The notes under the pieces: model-generated
What the model was told of the DNA's origin: nothing
Database searches by the model: none
Seen by the model: only the letters and a program-made list of their open reading frames with translations
Sequence record: MT446407.1
Source: Escherichia virus TH34
DNA: 64,000 nucleotides
Strand: one strand, 5' to 3'
Position numbers and translations under genes: made by a program
Shown: piece after piece, positions 54,865 through 64,000 of the stretch
Numbering within the stretch: the stretch's first letter is position 1
How the letters are laid out: each line of letters starts with the position of its first letter

Positions 54865-55875
54865 TTACCAACTCCCTATTCTAATTCTCAAAGCACCACC
54901 ACCATCGTAGAAATCAATCCTGTTACCATTCATCCACAGCTGTGCCCCACCTGTACCACCCATAACAAAATCCCCACCAACTGTAAGTCTCCAGTTAGAA
55001 CCACTCATAGAGCCAGCAGTAATCTTATTAGCAGTAAGGTTAGCAATCTGTCCATCTTGAATCCACACGTTATCAATCTGAGCAAATTGGATTCGAGCAT
55101 TAGCAATCTGAGCAGTTGTAATGTTGACATTCTTGATATCAGCGAATTCCATTCTAGCTCTACCACCTTCAAAAACAAAAGGAGTATTACCAGAGTTGCC
55201 ATCACCAACAATAAACTTATTAGCCGTTACTTGGAATTGGCTGTTCGTGCCGTTGTTAGTTAGTTTAACACCAGCATACTGACCATTAACAGAAGAGTTG
55301 ACACCCCATGTAGCTTCGTAACTATCTAGTCTCATGTATTGAGAAAGAGAGTTCTGTACAGTAGTAACCTTACCATCCACTTCGGCAATCTGAGTACCTT
55401 GAGCAGTGAGTTCTGTCTGAACTAAAGCAATCTCTTGTCCTTGTTCATTCACAATACCTTGTACTGTCTGAATCTTTAAATCATTGCCTTCAATAGAAGT
55501 TTTGAAACCTGCAACTGTACCATCTAGTTTAGTCGGAGGGTTAGTGCTTCTATCCCAAATGTCTTCAGTAGAAAGATTACCCATCTGTGTTTGGATATCA
55601 GCAATAGCTGTTTCAATCTCTGTAGTAATTCGGTTCTCAAGTTCATCAAACTGTAGGTTCATTGCATTAAGAGCTTTAATACGAACATCTATCTCTTCAT
55701 GAATCTCGTCGATTGCTTGGAACATCTGATTGGTTGCTGTACTGACTTTCTGTAATTCATCATAAACTGCAACGTTATATTTATCCGTATCCTCTACATT
55801 GTTTAGAAACCCAACGTTGTAGGGAAGTGTGGTGTTGTTTCTTCCAGTGTTCTTACGAAAACCTCCAGCACCCAT
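54865..55875 (-). CDS. tail fiber-like protein (N-terminal coiled coil, C-terminal beta-rich)
   Basis: ATG at 55875 with GGAGG 5 nt upstream; track start 55887 is a TTG extension. Confidence 0.5.
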   Translation of the reverse strand: MGAGGFRKNTGRNNTTLPYNVGFLNNVEDTDKYNVAVYDELQKVSTATNQMFQAIDEIHEEIDVRIKALNAMNLQFDELENRITTEIETAIADIQTQMGNLSTEDIWDRSTNPPTKLDGTVAGFKTSIEGNDLKIQTVQGIVNEQGQEIALVQTELTAQGTQIAEVDGKVTTVQNSLSQYMRLDSYEATWGVNSSVNGQYAGVKLTNNGTNSQFQVTANKFIVGDGNSGNTPFVFEGGRARMEFADIKNVNITTAQIANARIQFAQIDNVWIQDGQIANLTANKITAGSMSGSNWRLTVGGDFVMGGTGGAQLWMNGNRIDFYDGGGALRIRIGSW

Positions 55876-55890
55876 AAGTACCTCCAATTA

Positions 55891-55918
55891 TAAACAATAA
55901 AAGGGAGCCGAAGCTCCC
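55891..55918 (-). terminator. intrinsic terminator within late operon (minus strand)
   Basis: Stem GGGAGC / GCTCCC with CGAA loop; minus-strand T-run follows. Confidence 0.45.
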
Positions 55919-55924
55919 TAGTTG

Positions 55925-58900
55925 TTATCTTCGACCGCCAACAGCAAACTCTATGGTTAGACCATTCATAGACGCATTACTGTTAACATCATTATCTATA
56001 ACATTATAGAATAGGTATGGATGGTTCAGTCTGACTGCTACGTGACGATCTATACCAACCCTATACTCTTTAGTAGAGTGATTATGTCCGTACTCATTAG
56101 AGAACTGACTACCACCTGCTTCAAAAGTATAAGTCCCTGTTCCTGTTACTTGAGGTCTGAATCGGTTGATGTGTTTCTGATTCCATTCGTTAGTAACGTT
56201 ATCAAAATCAATCCCCGTTCTCTCTAGTCTCATTTCCAGAGGTTTCTCTATAACCACATCATTAGTTCTGTCATAGATGTAATCTAAAGCTCCTATATCA
56301 ACTTGATAGAATCCTTTCAAGAAAGAACCTATGATTGTAACTCGCTGACGGAAGTTAGTTGCATCTTTTCTCCACACCAGTTTGTCAATCGAAGGGTCAT
56401 CCCAAGTGATCTCTTGGAAATCAGCCCAAATAGGACCACGTTCCAGAACCGGAGGATCAACCAGACCGATACAATAAGAGTAAGGAATCGTACGGAAAGA
56501 CCAAGTATCGAACTCATAATTCCATACTGCTGCTTTAGTACAGGCAAAACTTTCCTTAGGCTCACCCGGACCAACATAAAGAACCCATACTTCTTTCTTA
56601 TCCTGATGAAGATGAACTCGTGTAGCAATTGGGTTCACTAAACAAATCTCATTAATGAGCATGTTCTTCACTCGGTTAGAAGCAATAGATTTCTTAGAAG
56701 CACCGTTGTGCAGAATGACGTCGTTCTGAGTTACTACAAAATGACCACCCTCAACTTCCACCACACACTCAGGAGCAAGTATCCCTGAATCGTTAAACAG
56801 CTTCTTAAACATCAAAGGCTGATAAGTGTTGTTAGTAGGAGAACCAATGTAGGTTTCAAACTCAGTATAAACGAACAGGTAATCTTTCAGAGGAAGAACA
56901 TCTAACAAACTACCGTTAGAGTCAGCCAAGTCGATATAGCCTGCGTAACCATTCTCAAGAGCTTCTGTCTGTCCTACGATGTTAGCTGCTAAGTCAGATG
57001 TTACTGCTCGGTCGTATGCATAATCATCCCAAAGCTGAGGGGCTTTGTTTTCCTCTGCAAAGTTAGACCAACGCAAACGAAGAGGATAGTGAGTAGTAAC
57101 ACCAGAGGCATTAGACTCTCTCATATTCAGAGCAAACAATCTATTGTTAAAAGCTCTCACTCGTTCACATTTCCAGTTATACTTCTTAACAGAAGGATTA
57201 CCATCTGCATCAACAACTGTCTGCTCACCCCATCCCGGAAGGTCAGTGAAGTATTCAGAATCGAATTCTTTAACCTGAGGAGTTTCATAATGAGTGGTTG
57301 CCACTGCACAGTTAGAGATGATTGCATGATACCAAGGATAGTCTTCAAATGCATCATAATCTTTCTGGACCATCTGGCTTACAGTACAAGTTACTTTAAC
57401 TTCACCCTTACGAATAGCAGTAAGTTTCAAAGTAGGATTAGTTGTAGAAGTAGTAGAAACATAACCACTCTTATCAACTGTCCACTTATAAGTGTAACTT
57501 CCGGTAGGAGATGCTGTAGCTGTGATAACGATCTCTTCACCTACGTCAAGAGAAGCATCAATAACATCAAGAGTAACTCCGGTCAAAGGTGGGTCATTAG
57601 CAAGCATTGCTGCTCTACCAAAACCTTCCAAGTCCATAACGTTAGAGTAGTCGTAGAAGTTGTTTCCTTCCGCCATCCCTGTTGTATCAATGCCAATTGT
57701 ATCAGCGTCAAAATAAGTAACTTCTTCTGACTCAACAATTGGTTCTTCTACAGGAGCTTCTGTAGTGATAGTCATTGCTGACATAGCCCTACTTGCCAGA
57801 CGAGAAGATAAATCAACACGTACAGTACAAACTGCTGAACGACCTCCTTCCGCTGTAACTGCTGTAATCTCTGTATACCCCGCAAGCAATCCAGTTATTG
57901 TAGCTTCTGTACCTGTACCACTTATTGTAGCAATGTTGGTGTTAGAAGAAGTCCAAGTGATCGTTTGGTTGGGTGCGTTAGCTGGACTAACTGTTGCAGT
58001 TAAGATGTACTGAGTACCACGACTCATTTGAATATCTGTCTGACTTAATGTGATGCTATCAATTTGAGGTATTGCTGTTACTGTACAAGATGCAGTCTTT
58101 GTTCCATTATCAGCAGTTATAGTTACCTGTCCTTCTCCAAGAGCTGTAAGAACAACTGTCTTTGTATTAGCATTAGGAGAAACAGAAACTAAGGATGGGT
58201 TAGAGGAAGACCAAGTTACAGATGGTTTGCCTGTAATTGCTGTAAGGGTTGATGTACCACCTTTACGCATAGTCAAAGTGTCTTGGCTCAAATAGATACC
58301 TGAATCACCATCAAGGATGTTAACTGCAATCTGAGCTGAGATAGATTCATTAGATGTGCTCACTGTCACAACTAAATTACCTTCAACAGACTTAGAAGTT
58401 AGGGTAGCCTTCTTGGAGTCAGTAGGGTCAACTTCAATACTACCATAAGAAGAGTTGCTTACTTCCCAAACTAGATTAGCATTTTGAGCATCTGTAGGGG
58501 TGACTTCAACTTCGAGAATCTTGGTCTGGTTAAAATTCATAGACACAGAAGTCTCTTTAGGAACAATATTTGAGACTACTGGATAAATCTTAATTGTCGC
58601 TGATGCTTTCTTTGTCGCTGTAGCAACCTTACGGCTGATATCAGTTAAACTCTCGTCGGTAAGTTTATACAGTTTCTTATCTGTACCTACCACAAGGAAG
58701 CTAGTACCTGCGCTATAATAATCGAAAGGCATTGAAAGGAACGAGAGAGGAGTCAGATCTTTATCTTCGTCTACATAAGAAAGAGGGGCATTGCCCCCCG
58801 TCTTAAAGACTCTCTGCTCAACAAACCGAGCATTAATAGCGTTAGTGAAAGCATTTGGTGCTAAGTCAGTAGGTGCTTGGTCAGCGATAACCCCAACTGC

Positions 58901-58930
58901 GCCTAGTGATTTAATTGGATAGAGAGCCAT
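55925..58930 (-). CDS. large structural protein with bacterial Ig-like (Big_2-type) domains
   Basis: Repeated Thr/Ser/Val-rich segments of Ig-like type (e.g. TITADNGTKTASCTVTA); RBS AAGGAGG. Confidence 0.55.
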   Translation of the reverse strand: MALYPIKSLGAVGVIADQAPTDLAPNAFTNAINARFVEQRVFKTGGNAPLSYVDEDKDLTPLSFLSMPFDYYSAGTSFLVVGTDKKLYKLTDESLTDISRKVATATKKASATIKIYPVVSNIVPKETSVSMNFNQTKILEVEVTPTDAQNANLVWEVSNSSYGSIEVDPTDSKKATLTSKSVEGNLVVTVSTSNESISAQIAVNILDGDSGIYLSQDTLTMRKGGTSTLTAITGKPSVTWSSSNPSLVSVSPNANTKTVVLTALGEGQVTITADNGTKTASCTVTAIPQIDSITLSQTDIQMSRGTQYILTATVSPANAPNQTITWTSSNTNIATISGTGTEATITGLLAGYTEITAVTAEGGRSAVCTVRVDLSSRLASRAMSAMTITTEAPVEEPIVESEEVTYFDADTIGIDTTGMAEGNNFYDYSNVMDLEGFGRAAMLANDPPLTGVTLDVIDASLDVGEEIVITATASPTGSYTYKWTVDKSGYVSTTSTTNPTLKLTAIRKGEVKVTCTVSQMVQKDYDAFEDYPWYHAIISNCAVATTHYETPQVKEFDSEYFTDLPGWGEQTVVDADGNPSVKKYNWKCERVRAFNNRLFALNMRESNASGVTTHYPLRLRWSNFAEENKAPQLWDDYAYDRAVTSDLAANIVGQTEALENGYAGYIDLADSNGSLLDVLPLKDYLFVYTEFETYIGSPTNNTYQPLMFKKLFNDSGILAPECVVEVEGGHFVVTQNDVILHNGASKKSIASNRVKNMLINEICLVNPIATRVHLHQDKKEVWVLYVGPGEPKESFACTKAAVWNYEFDTWSFRTIPYSYCIGLVDPPVLERGPIWADFQEITWDDPSIDKLVWRKDATNFRQRVTIIGSFLKGFYQVDIGALDYIYDRTNDVVIEKPLEMRLERTGIDFDNVTNEWNQKHINRFRPQVTGTGTYTFEAGGSQFSNEYGHNHSTKEYRVGIDRHVAVRLNHPYLFYNVIDNDVNSNASMNGLTIEFAVGGRR

Positions 58931-58939
58931 GCTACCTCC

Positions 58940-59743
58940 TTAGCTAATACGTCTCCAAATATGTGCTGCTCGGAATGGCGGTAATGTGTTGATAGGTTGA
59001 CGAGAAATGTCATCATAACCAAAACTAACAGAACCTGAGATTGAGTGTGAGTGAGTGTTTGTGTCAGTTACTTGAGTATAACCACCACCCGGACTATACC
59101 AGTTAGGGCTGCTGTTATGACCACTAGCATCCCCTCGGCCCATCGTAATGTTATGTGCGTGAGAGTAGGAGCTAACTTGGAAACTAGAACCATTGATTGT
59201 AGTTAGAGGCATATTCTCAGTACGAACTGTATTAAACACACGACCACCTGTACCACCTGCTTGGAACTCAACACGCTGGGCGTTAGGAACAGACCCGTCG
59301 GGGTTGACAACACCAGTACCCATAACAACACCAGTAACTTTAGCCCAAGAGCCAAAACCGAGAGAGCTAGAATCACCGGGGTTGATATCTTCTTCAGTGA
59401 TATAGTAAGCACCAATACGATACAGTTTGTTCTGCATCCAATTCAACATGAAAGCTTCCATCTGACCTTTGGTTACAGCATCTTTATCACCAGTTCCCGG
59501 AGTCAGGTTTTTAATCATCAGATTACCAACATCCATAGCATCGCCAGTAAAAGTGATTTTCTCTGACAAAGCTTTAAAGGATTCAGAAGAAAGGTTCACT
59601 GGTTCAGTGATGTTAGGGAATGTGTTAATCAAGACTTGTTTGATAAGGCGGAGTTGAGCCGCCCCTTCATAAACATAATCCCTGTCACGAGGGTACAGGG
59701 GGTTTAAATCGGTAGTAACTACCGCTGTAGTTTCAATAGCCAA
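58940..59743 (-). CDS. structural (tail) protein (267 aa)
   Basis: TTG start with GGAGG 5 nt upstream; no upstream in-frame ATG before stop. Confidence 0.5.
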   Translation of the reverse strand: MAIETTAVVTTDLNPLYPRDRDYVYEGAAQLRLIKQVLINTFPNITEPVNLSSESFKALSEKITFTGDAMDVGNLMIKNLTPGTGDKDAVTKGQMEAFMLNWMQNKLYRIGAYYITEEDINPGDSSSLGFGSWAKVTGVVMGTGVVNPDGSVPNAQRVEFQAGGTGGRVFNTVRTENMPLTTINGSSFQVSSYSHAHNITMGRGDASGHNSSPNWYSPGGGYTQVTDTNTHSHSISGSVSFGYDDISRQPINTLPPFRAAHIWRRIS

Positions 59744-59755
59744 AAGGCACCTCCA

Positions 59756-60247
59756 TTAGTATTTACCTGTGGTGTATAGGTCTGCTTCTGCAACCCTTCG
59801 GTTGTGAAGTCCCGGACTCTGTTGTTTTACACCTCTGACTGTTATTTTATCCCAACGTAAGAATTCAGAGTAAACATCACCTCTAACATCTCCGTTGATC
59901 ACTTTCCTTAGTTTAGAAGTAGCGAGAGCTGTACCACCAACATTAAAGTTGAAAGAGGTTAAAGCATCAAACTCATTAGTAAACAAAGGAACTCTTATAT
60001 TTTTCTGAGTAGCACGAACAGAGTCTTGAGTGTCACGATCTAATAAAACCAAACAATCCTCTATAGAATACGTTAATCCTTTTCTAACTGGATACCCATT
60101 CATATCGCGCGTTGCTCCGACACATATAGTCCATATGCCAGCGGAGTCTTGATAAGCACGGGTTCTCATACCTTCATGCTTCATAATGAACTCCAAACCC
60201 TCAGGACTTAAATTATGTTGTACAGGTGGCAATGCGATAGCGTCCAT
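59756..60247 (-). CDS. endolysin, GH24 (T4/lambda-type) lysozyme
   Basis: HEGMRTRAYQDSAGIWTICVGAT carries the Glu...Asp...Thr pattern of T4-type lysozymes; RBS GAGGAGG. Confidence 0.6.
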   Translation of the reverse strand: MDAIALPPVQHNLSPEGLEFIMKHEGMRTRAYQDSAGIWTICVGATRDMNGYPVRKGLTYSIEDCLVLLDRDTQDSVRATQKNIRVPLFTNEFDALTSFNFNVGGTALATSKLRKVINGDVRGDVYSEFLRWDKITVRGVKQQSPGLHNRRVAEADLYTTGKY

Positions 60248-60275
60248 CTTGACCTCCTCTATTTTTATTATTGTA

Positions 60276-60494
60276 TCAAGGTAGAACTTTTCTCAACGCT
60301 GAAGATTGGGCATCTGGACAAATAACTACAAGATTATTCTGAATAGTTCTTTGCTTACACTCAGCACTAAGTTTTTCTACTGGAGCTTCAATAACTGAAT
60401 GGGAGCTAACAGCATTAACGGGGATTGCTGTAGATACTACAAAACCGGTACCTAAGCAAGCCAGTCCATATGTGATTTGTTTCATTAATTTCAT
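60276..60494 (-). CDS. small membrane/secreted protein next to endolysin (lysis accessory candidate)
   Basis: N-terminal hydrophobic helix; RBS AGGAG. Confidence 0.4.
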   Translation of the reverse strand: MKLMKQITYGLACLGTGFVVSTAIPVNAVSSHSVIEAPVEKLSAECKQRTIQNNLVVICPDAQSSALRKVLP

Positions 60495-60560
60495 CTTCTT
60501 TCTCCTATGTGTTTATCCTTTTAGATATATTAGTTTCATTACCTATTCACTAATTTAACT

Positions 60561-60581
60561 TCTAAAAGCCCCCGAAGGGGC
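60561..60581 (-). terminator. intrinsic terminator after tail fiber gene (minus strand)
   Basis: Stem GCCCC / GGGGC with 4-nt loop, then TTTT on minus strand. Confidence 0.45.
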
Positions 60582-60588
60582 AGTCCTT

Positions 60589-62769
60589 TTACTTAGTAGC
60601 TAGTTGAGATTCTAACTCTTCTACACGCTTCAGCAAATTCTGAACAACCTGCATTGTGTCAAGCAGCATAGGAGTCGTGTCTAATTCTTTCTGCTCTTTC
60701 ATAGAATCGCCGTTTTCAGTTCCGGGATACTTACGAGTCTTGACATACAGAGGTTCTATAGTCTCTGCCTGCTGTGCAATGATACCGCGACGAGATCGAT
60801 TCTTCTCATCATCGTTGTAAACAAAAGATTTGAACTTCAGTCCTTTTATTACTTCAATAGCTCTATCTGCATTGATATCAATAATACTATGTTTCAGGTT
60901 TTCATCCGAGACACCACTTTTCGTGTAGCTAAAGTTTCCATAATTAGTTGAGCCATATATCTGCCCGTCTATATCGGAAAAATATCGACAGAACTTTCCG
61001 TTGTCTCCACCAATAGTTGTACAGGCGATACCGAAGGCGTCATTTCCCGGCAAATACATATGATACCCAACCTTGGTTGGATAACTATTAGGTTTAGAGC
61101 CTCCAATAGAATATCCACGCACCACTGTGTCAGAGCCATTAGAAATCGCCACCCTGTCCATTCCATTGGTGGTCAAATTATTTGGCCCAGCATCCGTCAG
61201 TCCAGTCCAAGTTCCAGTTGGTGTGTACATGCGGAATGCATTTGCCTTACCAGACTTCCTAAAATCAACAGTGCCATCCTCATAAAACTTATAAGCGTGA
61301 GTACTTGCACCTTGTGCTTCAATCACGGCAGAACAAACACCCCCCCAAGAAGAGGAAATATACATACGAGCATATTGAGAGGAGGTTGGGTTGGTATATT
61401 TAGATTCCACCTTACCACCAACTACAGAAGTATTTAAAGCCGGAGCTGCGCTACCACTGTTGATAACAGACCAAGAAGTGTTAGCTGCTACAAAACCACC
61501 ATGAGCACGGATAGTCCAAACACCAATGAAGTTACGAGGGATAGCATTCGCTGTGATTCCGTAGCGACCATAAGTAGCATCACTGTTGTTAGCGTTAAGC
61601 TGAATGTTGGTATAAAGACCGCCACCGCCAGACAAAGGCCAAACACCTGAGGTTGAGGTTGTAGAGGTAAAAGCTCCATCGGTAGCAACCTGTCCTTGAT
61701 TACTCGCAGCAGTTAAAAGAGTGTGGGCAGTGTAACCTACGATGTTAGGAAGTGCCGCATCATAAGCCATTCCATTATTACTACTATTACCACCATCACC
61801 ACGAGCAAAGAGTTCTTTCAGAGAGCCACTCTGAACACCATTCCTATCAGGAACACGGAAGGTAGTAGAACCATCACCAGTTGAATATTTACCTCGTTGC
61901 TGTGCATCAGCCAACCAAGCAGCATCTGTGATAGGAGTTAACAGCTGGGCATAAGCCCAAAGATCAGGGTAATCAGCACGATTCAGTAGCTGACCATCGG
62001 ATACAACTTCGAATGCAGGAATGAAAGCACGACTATCACGAAGATGGAAATCACCAATACCAAAGTTGGAGATACCACTCATGGTAGGACCACCAGAACC
62101 ACCACCCTGATTCTTAAGTTGACGGTAGGTAACTGCATCATAATCTCCTACAGCATCTGCAACAGTTACTGGTTGTGTGAAGGTTACTTTCTGAGTCATC
62201 TGAGTTATATCAGAGTTGATACCAGTACGAGTTACACCAATAGTGCGTCCTTTAGAATCCTTGACATATGAACCGATCGCTGCAAAAGGAAGTTCATCAA
62301 TCTCAGGACGATACCGTTTTGAGTAGACAGGATATTTAGTTTCTACACCACCGTCATTCAAATCCACAACCTGAAGACGACCAGCAGTGTGAACTTCTAC
62401 ACCCTGAACAGAAGAAGCGTAGCTACCGATTTTGATAGTGTTCTCTGGTGTAACTTTAATCATATCGACAGACTCTACACCATTAGCCCCAGCAGCACGG
62501 AATGGTACATCATTAGCTACAAAAGGATCAGATTTAAACAGAGCACCTTCCATAATAGGGGCAATAGAGTCTGAAACATAAACCTTAGTAGCACCTTCAG
62601 TTTTTGTCATATAGGTGTTTTCAGCTGCAGTCTTCTGTAAATATTTATTAGTTAGGTCGATAGCGCCAGCGGCACCATCAACAGTAGATACACCGACAAC
62701 AGCAGCATCTCGTGATACTACAACATGAGGCATCATTATCCCAGACTTGGGCATTAACTCTCTAGACAT
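60589..62769 (-). CDS. tail fiber/tailspike with C-terminal S74-type intramolecular chaperone domain
   Basis: C-terminus ...SRRGIIAQQAETIEPLYV...LLDTMQVVQNLLKRVEELESQL resembles auto-cleaving chaperone domains of T5 pb1 / K1F endosialidase; RBS GGAGG. Confidence 0.55.
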   Translation of the reverse strand: MSRELMPKSGIMMPHVVVSRDAAVVGVSTVDGAAGAIDLTNKYLQKTAAENTYMTKTEGATKVYVSDSIAPIMEGALFKSDPFVANDVPFRAAGANGVESVDMIKVTPENTIKIGSYASSVQGVEVHTAGRLQVVDLNDGGVETKYPVYSKRYRPEIDELPFAAIGSYVKDSKGRTIGVTRTGINSDITQMTQKVTFTQPVTVADAVGDYDAVTYRQLKNQGGGSGGPTMSGISNFGIGDFHLRDSRAFIPAFEVVSDGQLLNRADYPDLWAYAQLLTPITDAAWLADAQQRGKYSTGDGSTTFRVPDRNGVQSGSLKELFARGDGGNSSNNGMAYDAALPNIVGYTAHTLLTAASNQGQVATDGAFTSTTSTSGVWPLSGGGGLYTNIQLNANNSDATYGRYGITANAIPRNFIGVWTIRAHGGFVAANTSWSVINSGSAAPALNTSVVGGKVESKYTNPTSSQYARMYISSSWGGVCSAVIEAQGASTHAYKFYEDGTVDFRKSGKANAFRMYTPTGTWTGLTDAGPNNLTTNGMDRVAISNGSDTVVRGYSIGGSKPNSYPTKVGYHMYLPGNDAFGIACTTIGGDNGKFCRYFSDIDGQIYGSTNYGNFSYTKSGVSDENLKHSIIDINADRAIEVIKGLKFKSFVYNDDEKNRSRRGIIAQQAETIEPLYVKTRKYPGTENGDSMKEQKELDTTPMLLDTMQVVQNLLKRVEELESQLATK

Positions 62770-62814
62770 TTATAATCCTCCATAAAGCCCTCTGAAGAGA
62801 GGGCATTCTTAGTT

Positions 62815-64000
62815 TTACTTAGATGGCATTTCAATACGAACAGAGATGAAAGTATCTTTCGGTATGTCAATAGGGTCCCCATCAGAATATCCTTCAATCT
62901 CATTACGAGCAAAGACGGGAGAAGTAGGATGTGTTCTGTGGTAAGTTTTTACCAGAATAGAACCATCTTCTTTCACTTCGTAATCAAGCCATACTTTCGC
63001 TTGTTTGTTAATATCACACGGTATCTCAAAACCACCATTAACCCCACCCCACCCTGCATCTGAATTGAGACCTAGGCATCCTGAAACTAAATACACTCCA
63101 GCTGAAATTCTTTTAACACTAACTCCATCTGATTGTTCATTTGTTTCAAAACTTCCATCATGAAACACTTTTACTATTGGTGACGCTGCTTTAATAAAAC
63201 CATTGACGTCAACAGTTGTATTTACGGTATCGTATACCGTCCTCGAAGTTTTCCATCCCTGCCCCTCAGCACCACCAAAAACTTTTATCTTGCCAGCACT
63301 CTCAAATGGGATACTTATCATACTGTACGTATCACCTGCCTTAAAGAAAAGGTTTGAGGAATAATTCCATATGTCCCAAGGAGCTGGAATTTGTTGGTTA
63401 TTTCTAAAGACACTAAGACCGTAGTTGCCAAGTGATGCAAGAAGGGCGTCTTGGGACGTTGTATCAAAAACTAAAGCACCACCAGGTCTCCCAATACCAA
63501 AATCACCTACCTTAAGAACGTTATCACTATTTGTTCCAGTGTTCATTGTGGCTGAGTTGCCTAATCCAAGATTAGTTCTTGCTCCAGCTGCATTAGTTGC
63601 ACCTGTACCACCACTAGCAACAGGGACGTTATTTAGTGTAGAGATGTTCCCTAATCCAAGATTAGTTCTTGCTCCAGCTGCATTAGTTGCACCTGTACCA
63701 CCACTAGCAACAGGGACGTTATTTAGTGTAGAGATGTTCCCTAATCCAAGATTAGTTCTTGCTCCAGCTGCATTAGTTGCACCTGTACCACCCTGAGAAA
63801 CAGAGAGAGCAGTCGTAAGTCCTGTAATAGAGGTTATGTCTGAGTTTGCACCAGAAGAAGCAGCTCCTAGAGTAGTTCTAGAAATAGTAACATTACCTGT
63901 AGCTTCATCAGGAGCTTGATTGTTAACAGTAACCACATAAGGTTTCTGAGATTGAACAGACCCGTCATATTGAGAATCTTTGTCAGCGTCTGGAGCACGA
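62815..64000 (-). CDS. tail fiber protein with GGTGATNAAGARTNLGLG repeats (5' end beyond window)
   Basis: Frame stays open upstream of the track GTG start (63936) to the window edge; three 30-aa phage-fiber-type repeats. Confidence 0.55.
   Translation of the reverse strand, partial: RAPDADKDSQYDGSVQSQKPYVVTVNNQAPDEATGNVTISRTTLGAASSGANSDITSITGLTTALSVSQGGTGATNAAGARTNLGLGNISTLNNVPVASGGTGATNAAGARTNLGLGNISTLNNVPVASGGTGATNAAGARTNLGLGNSATMNTGTNSDNVLKVGDFGIGRPGGALVFDTTSQDALLASLGNYGLSVFRNNQQIPAPWDIWNYSSNLFFKAGDTYSMISIPFESAGKIKVFGGAEGQGWKTSRTVYDTVNTTVDVNGFIKAASPIVKVFHDGSFETNEQSDGVSVKRISAGVYLVSGCLGLNSDAGWGGVNGGFEIPCDINKQAKVWLDYEVKEDGSILVKTYHRTHPTSPVFARNEIEGYSDGDPIDIPKDTFISVRIEMPSK
63561..63792 (-). repeat. 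perfect 90-bp tandem repeat (2.6 copies) inside tail fiber gene
   Basis: 63561-63650 and 63651-63740 are identical; third copy identical for ~52 nt then diverges. Confidence 0.7.

Noticed and set aside
63561-63792. Tandem direct repeats considered as a possible CRISPR array or satellite
   Set aside because: Units are 90 bp, contiguous without spacers, and lie in frame inside a tail fiber gene encoding a known fiber-repeat peptide; not CRISPR.
1-64000. Search for integrase, CI/Cro-like repressors, attachment sites or toxin-antitoxin pairs indicating a prophage
   Set aside because: None recognised; the organisation (early promoters, replication module, convergent late operon) is that of a virulent phage, though absence in this window does not exclude such genes elsewhere.

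Overview
Gene-dense ~64-kb segment of a virulent tailed dsDNA phage genome (no integrase, repressor or other lysogeny genes seen). All calls are from motifs read by eye; none is a database hit. Three blocks. (1) 1-13.5 kb, rightward early region: a partial upstream gene and terminator, a 2.3-kb almost ORF-free leader with three consensus sigma70-type promoters and a 5x repeated 12-nt motif, then ~45 small ORFs (several paralog families, a lipoprotein, membrane proteins, a ProQ/FinO-like protein), one tRNA-Arg(UCU) and repeated intergenic elements. (2) 13.5-44.8 kb, rightward middle region: an unusual cluster of amide-bond-forming enzymes (two amidoligase-like proteins, a class-II glutamine amidotransferase, an ATP-grasp ligase, an AIG2/GGCT-like protein), then replication and nucleotide-metabolism genes (primase-helicase, a separate 3'-5' exonuclease, a CCA-adding-enzyme-like nucleotidyltransferase, dCTP deaminase, Dps-like ferritin, thioredoxin, ThyX, PhoH, family-A DNA polymerase, phosphoesterases, SSB-like protein, spanin-like pair, ECF-type sigma factor, P-loop kinase, FEN-type nuclease) interspersed with four HNH endonucleases. 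(3) 44.9-64 kb, leftward late region behind a bidirectional terminator: large virion/ejection-type proteins, an SLT-domain protein, an Ig-like-domain structural protein, tail fibers and a GH24-type endolysin. A phage sigma factor plus a recurring TAATGTATATAG element suggest phage-specific promoters; the layout is reminiscent of phiEco32-type enterobacterial phages, but that is inference. The six-frame track uses TTG/GTG starts as well as ATG, so some start coordinates below are re-picked and remain uncertain.
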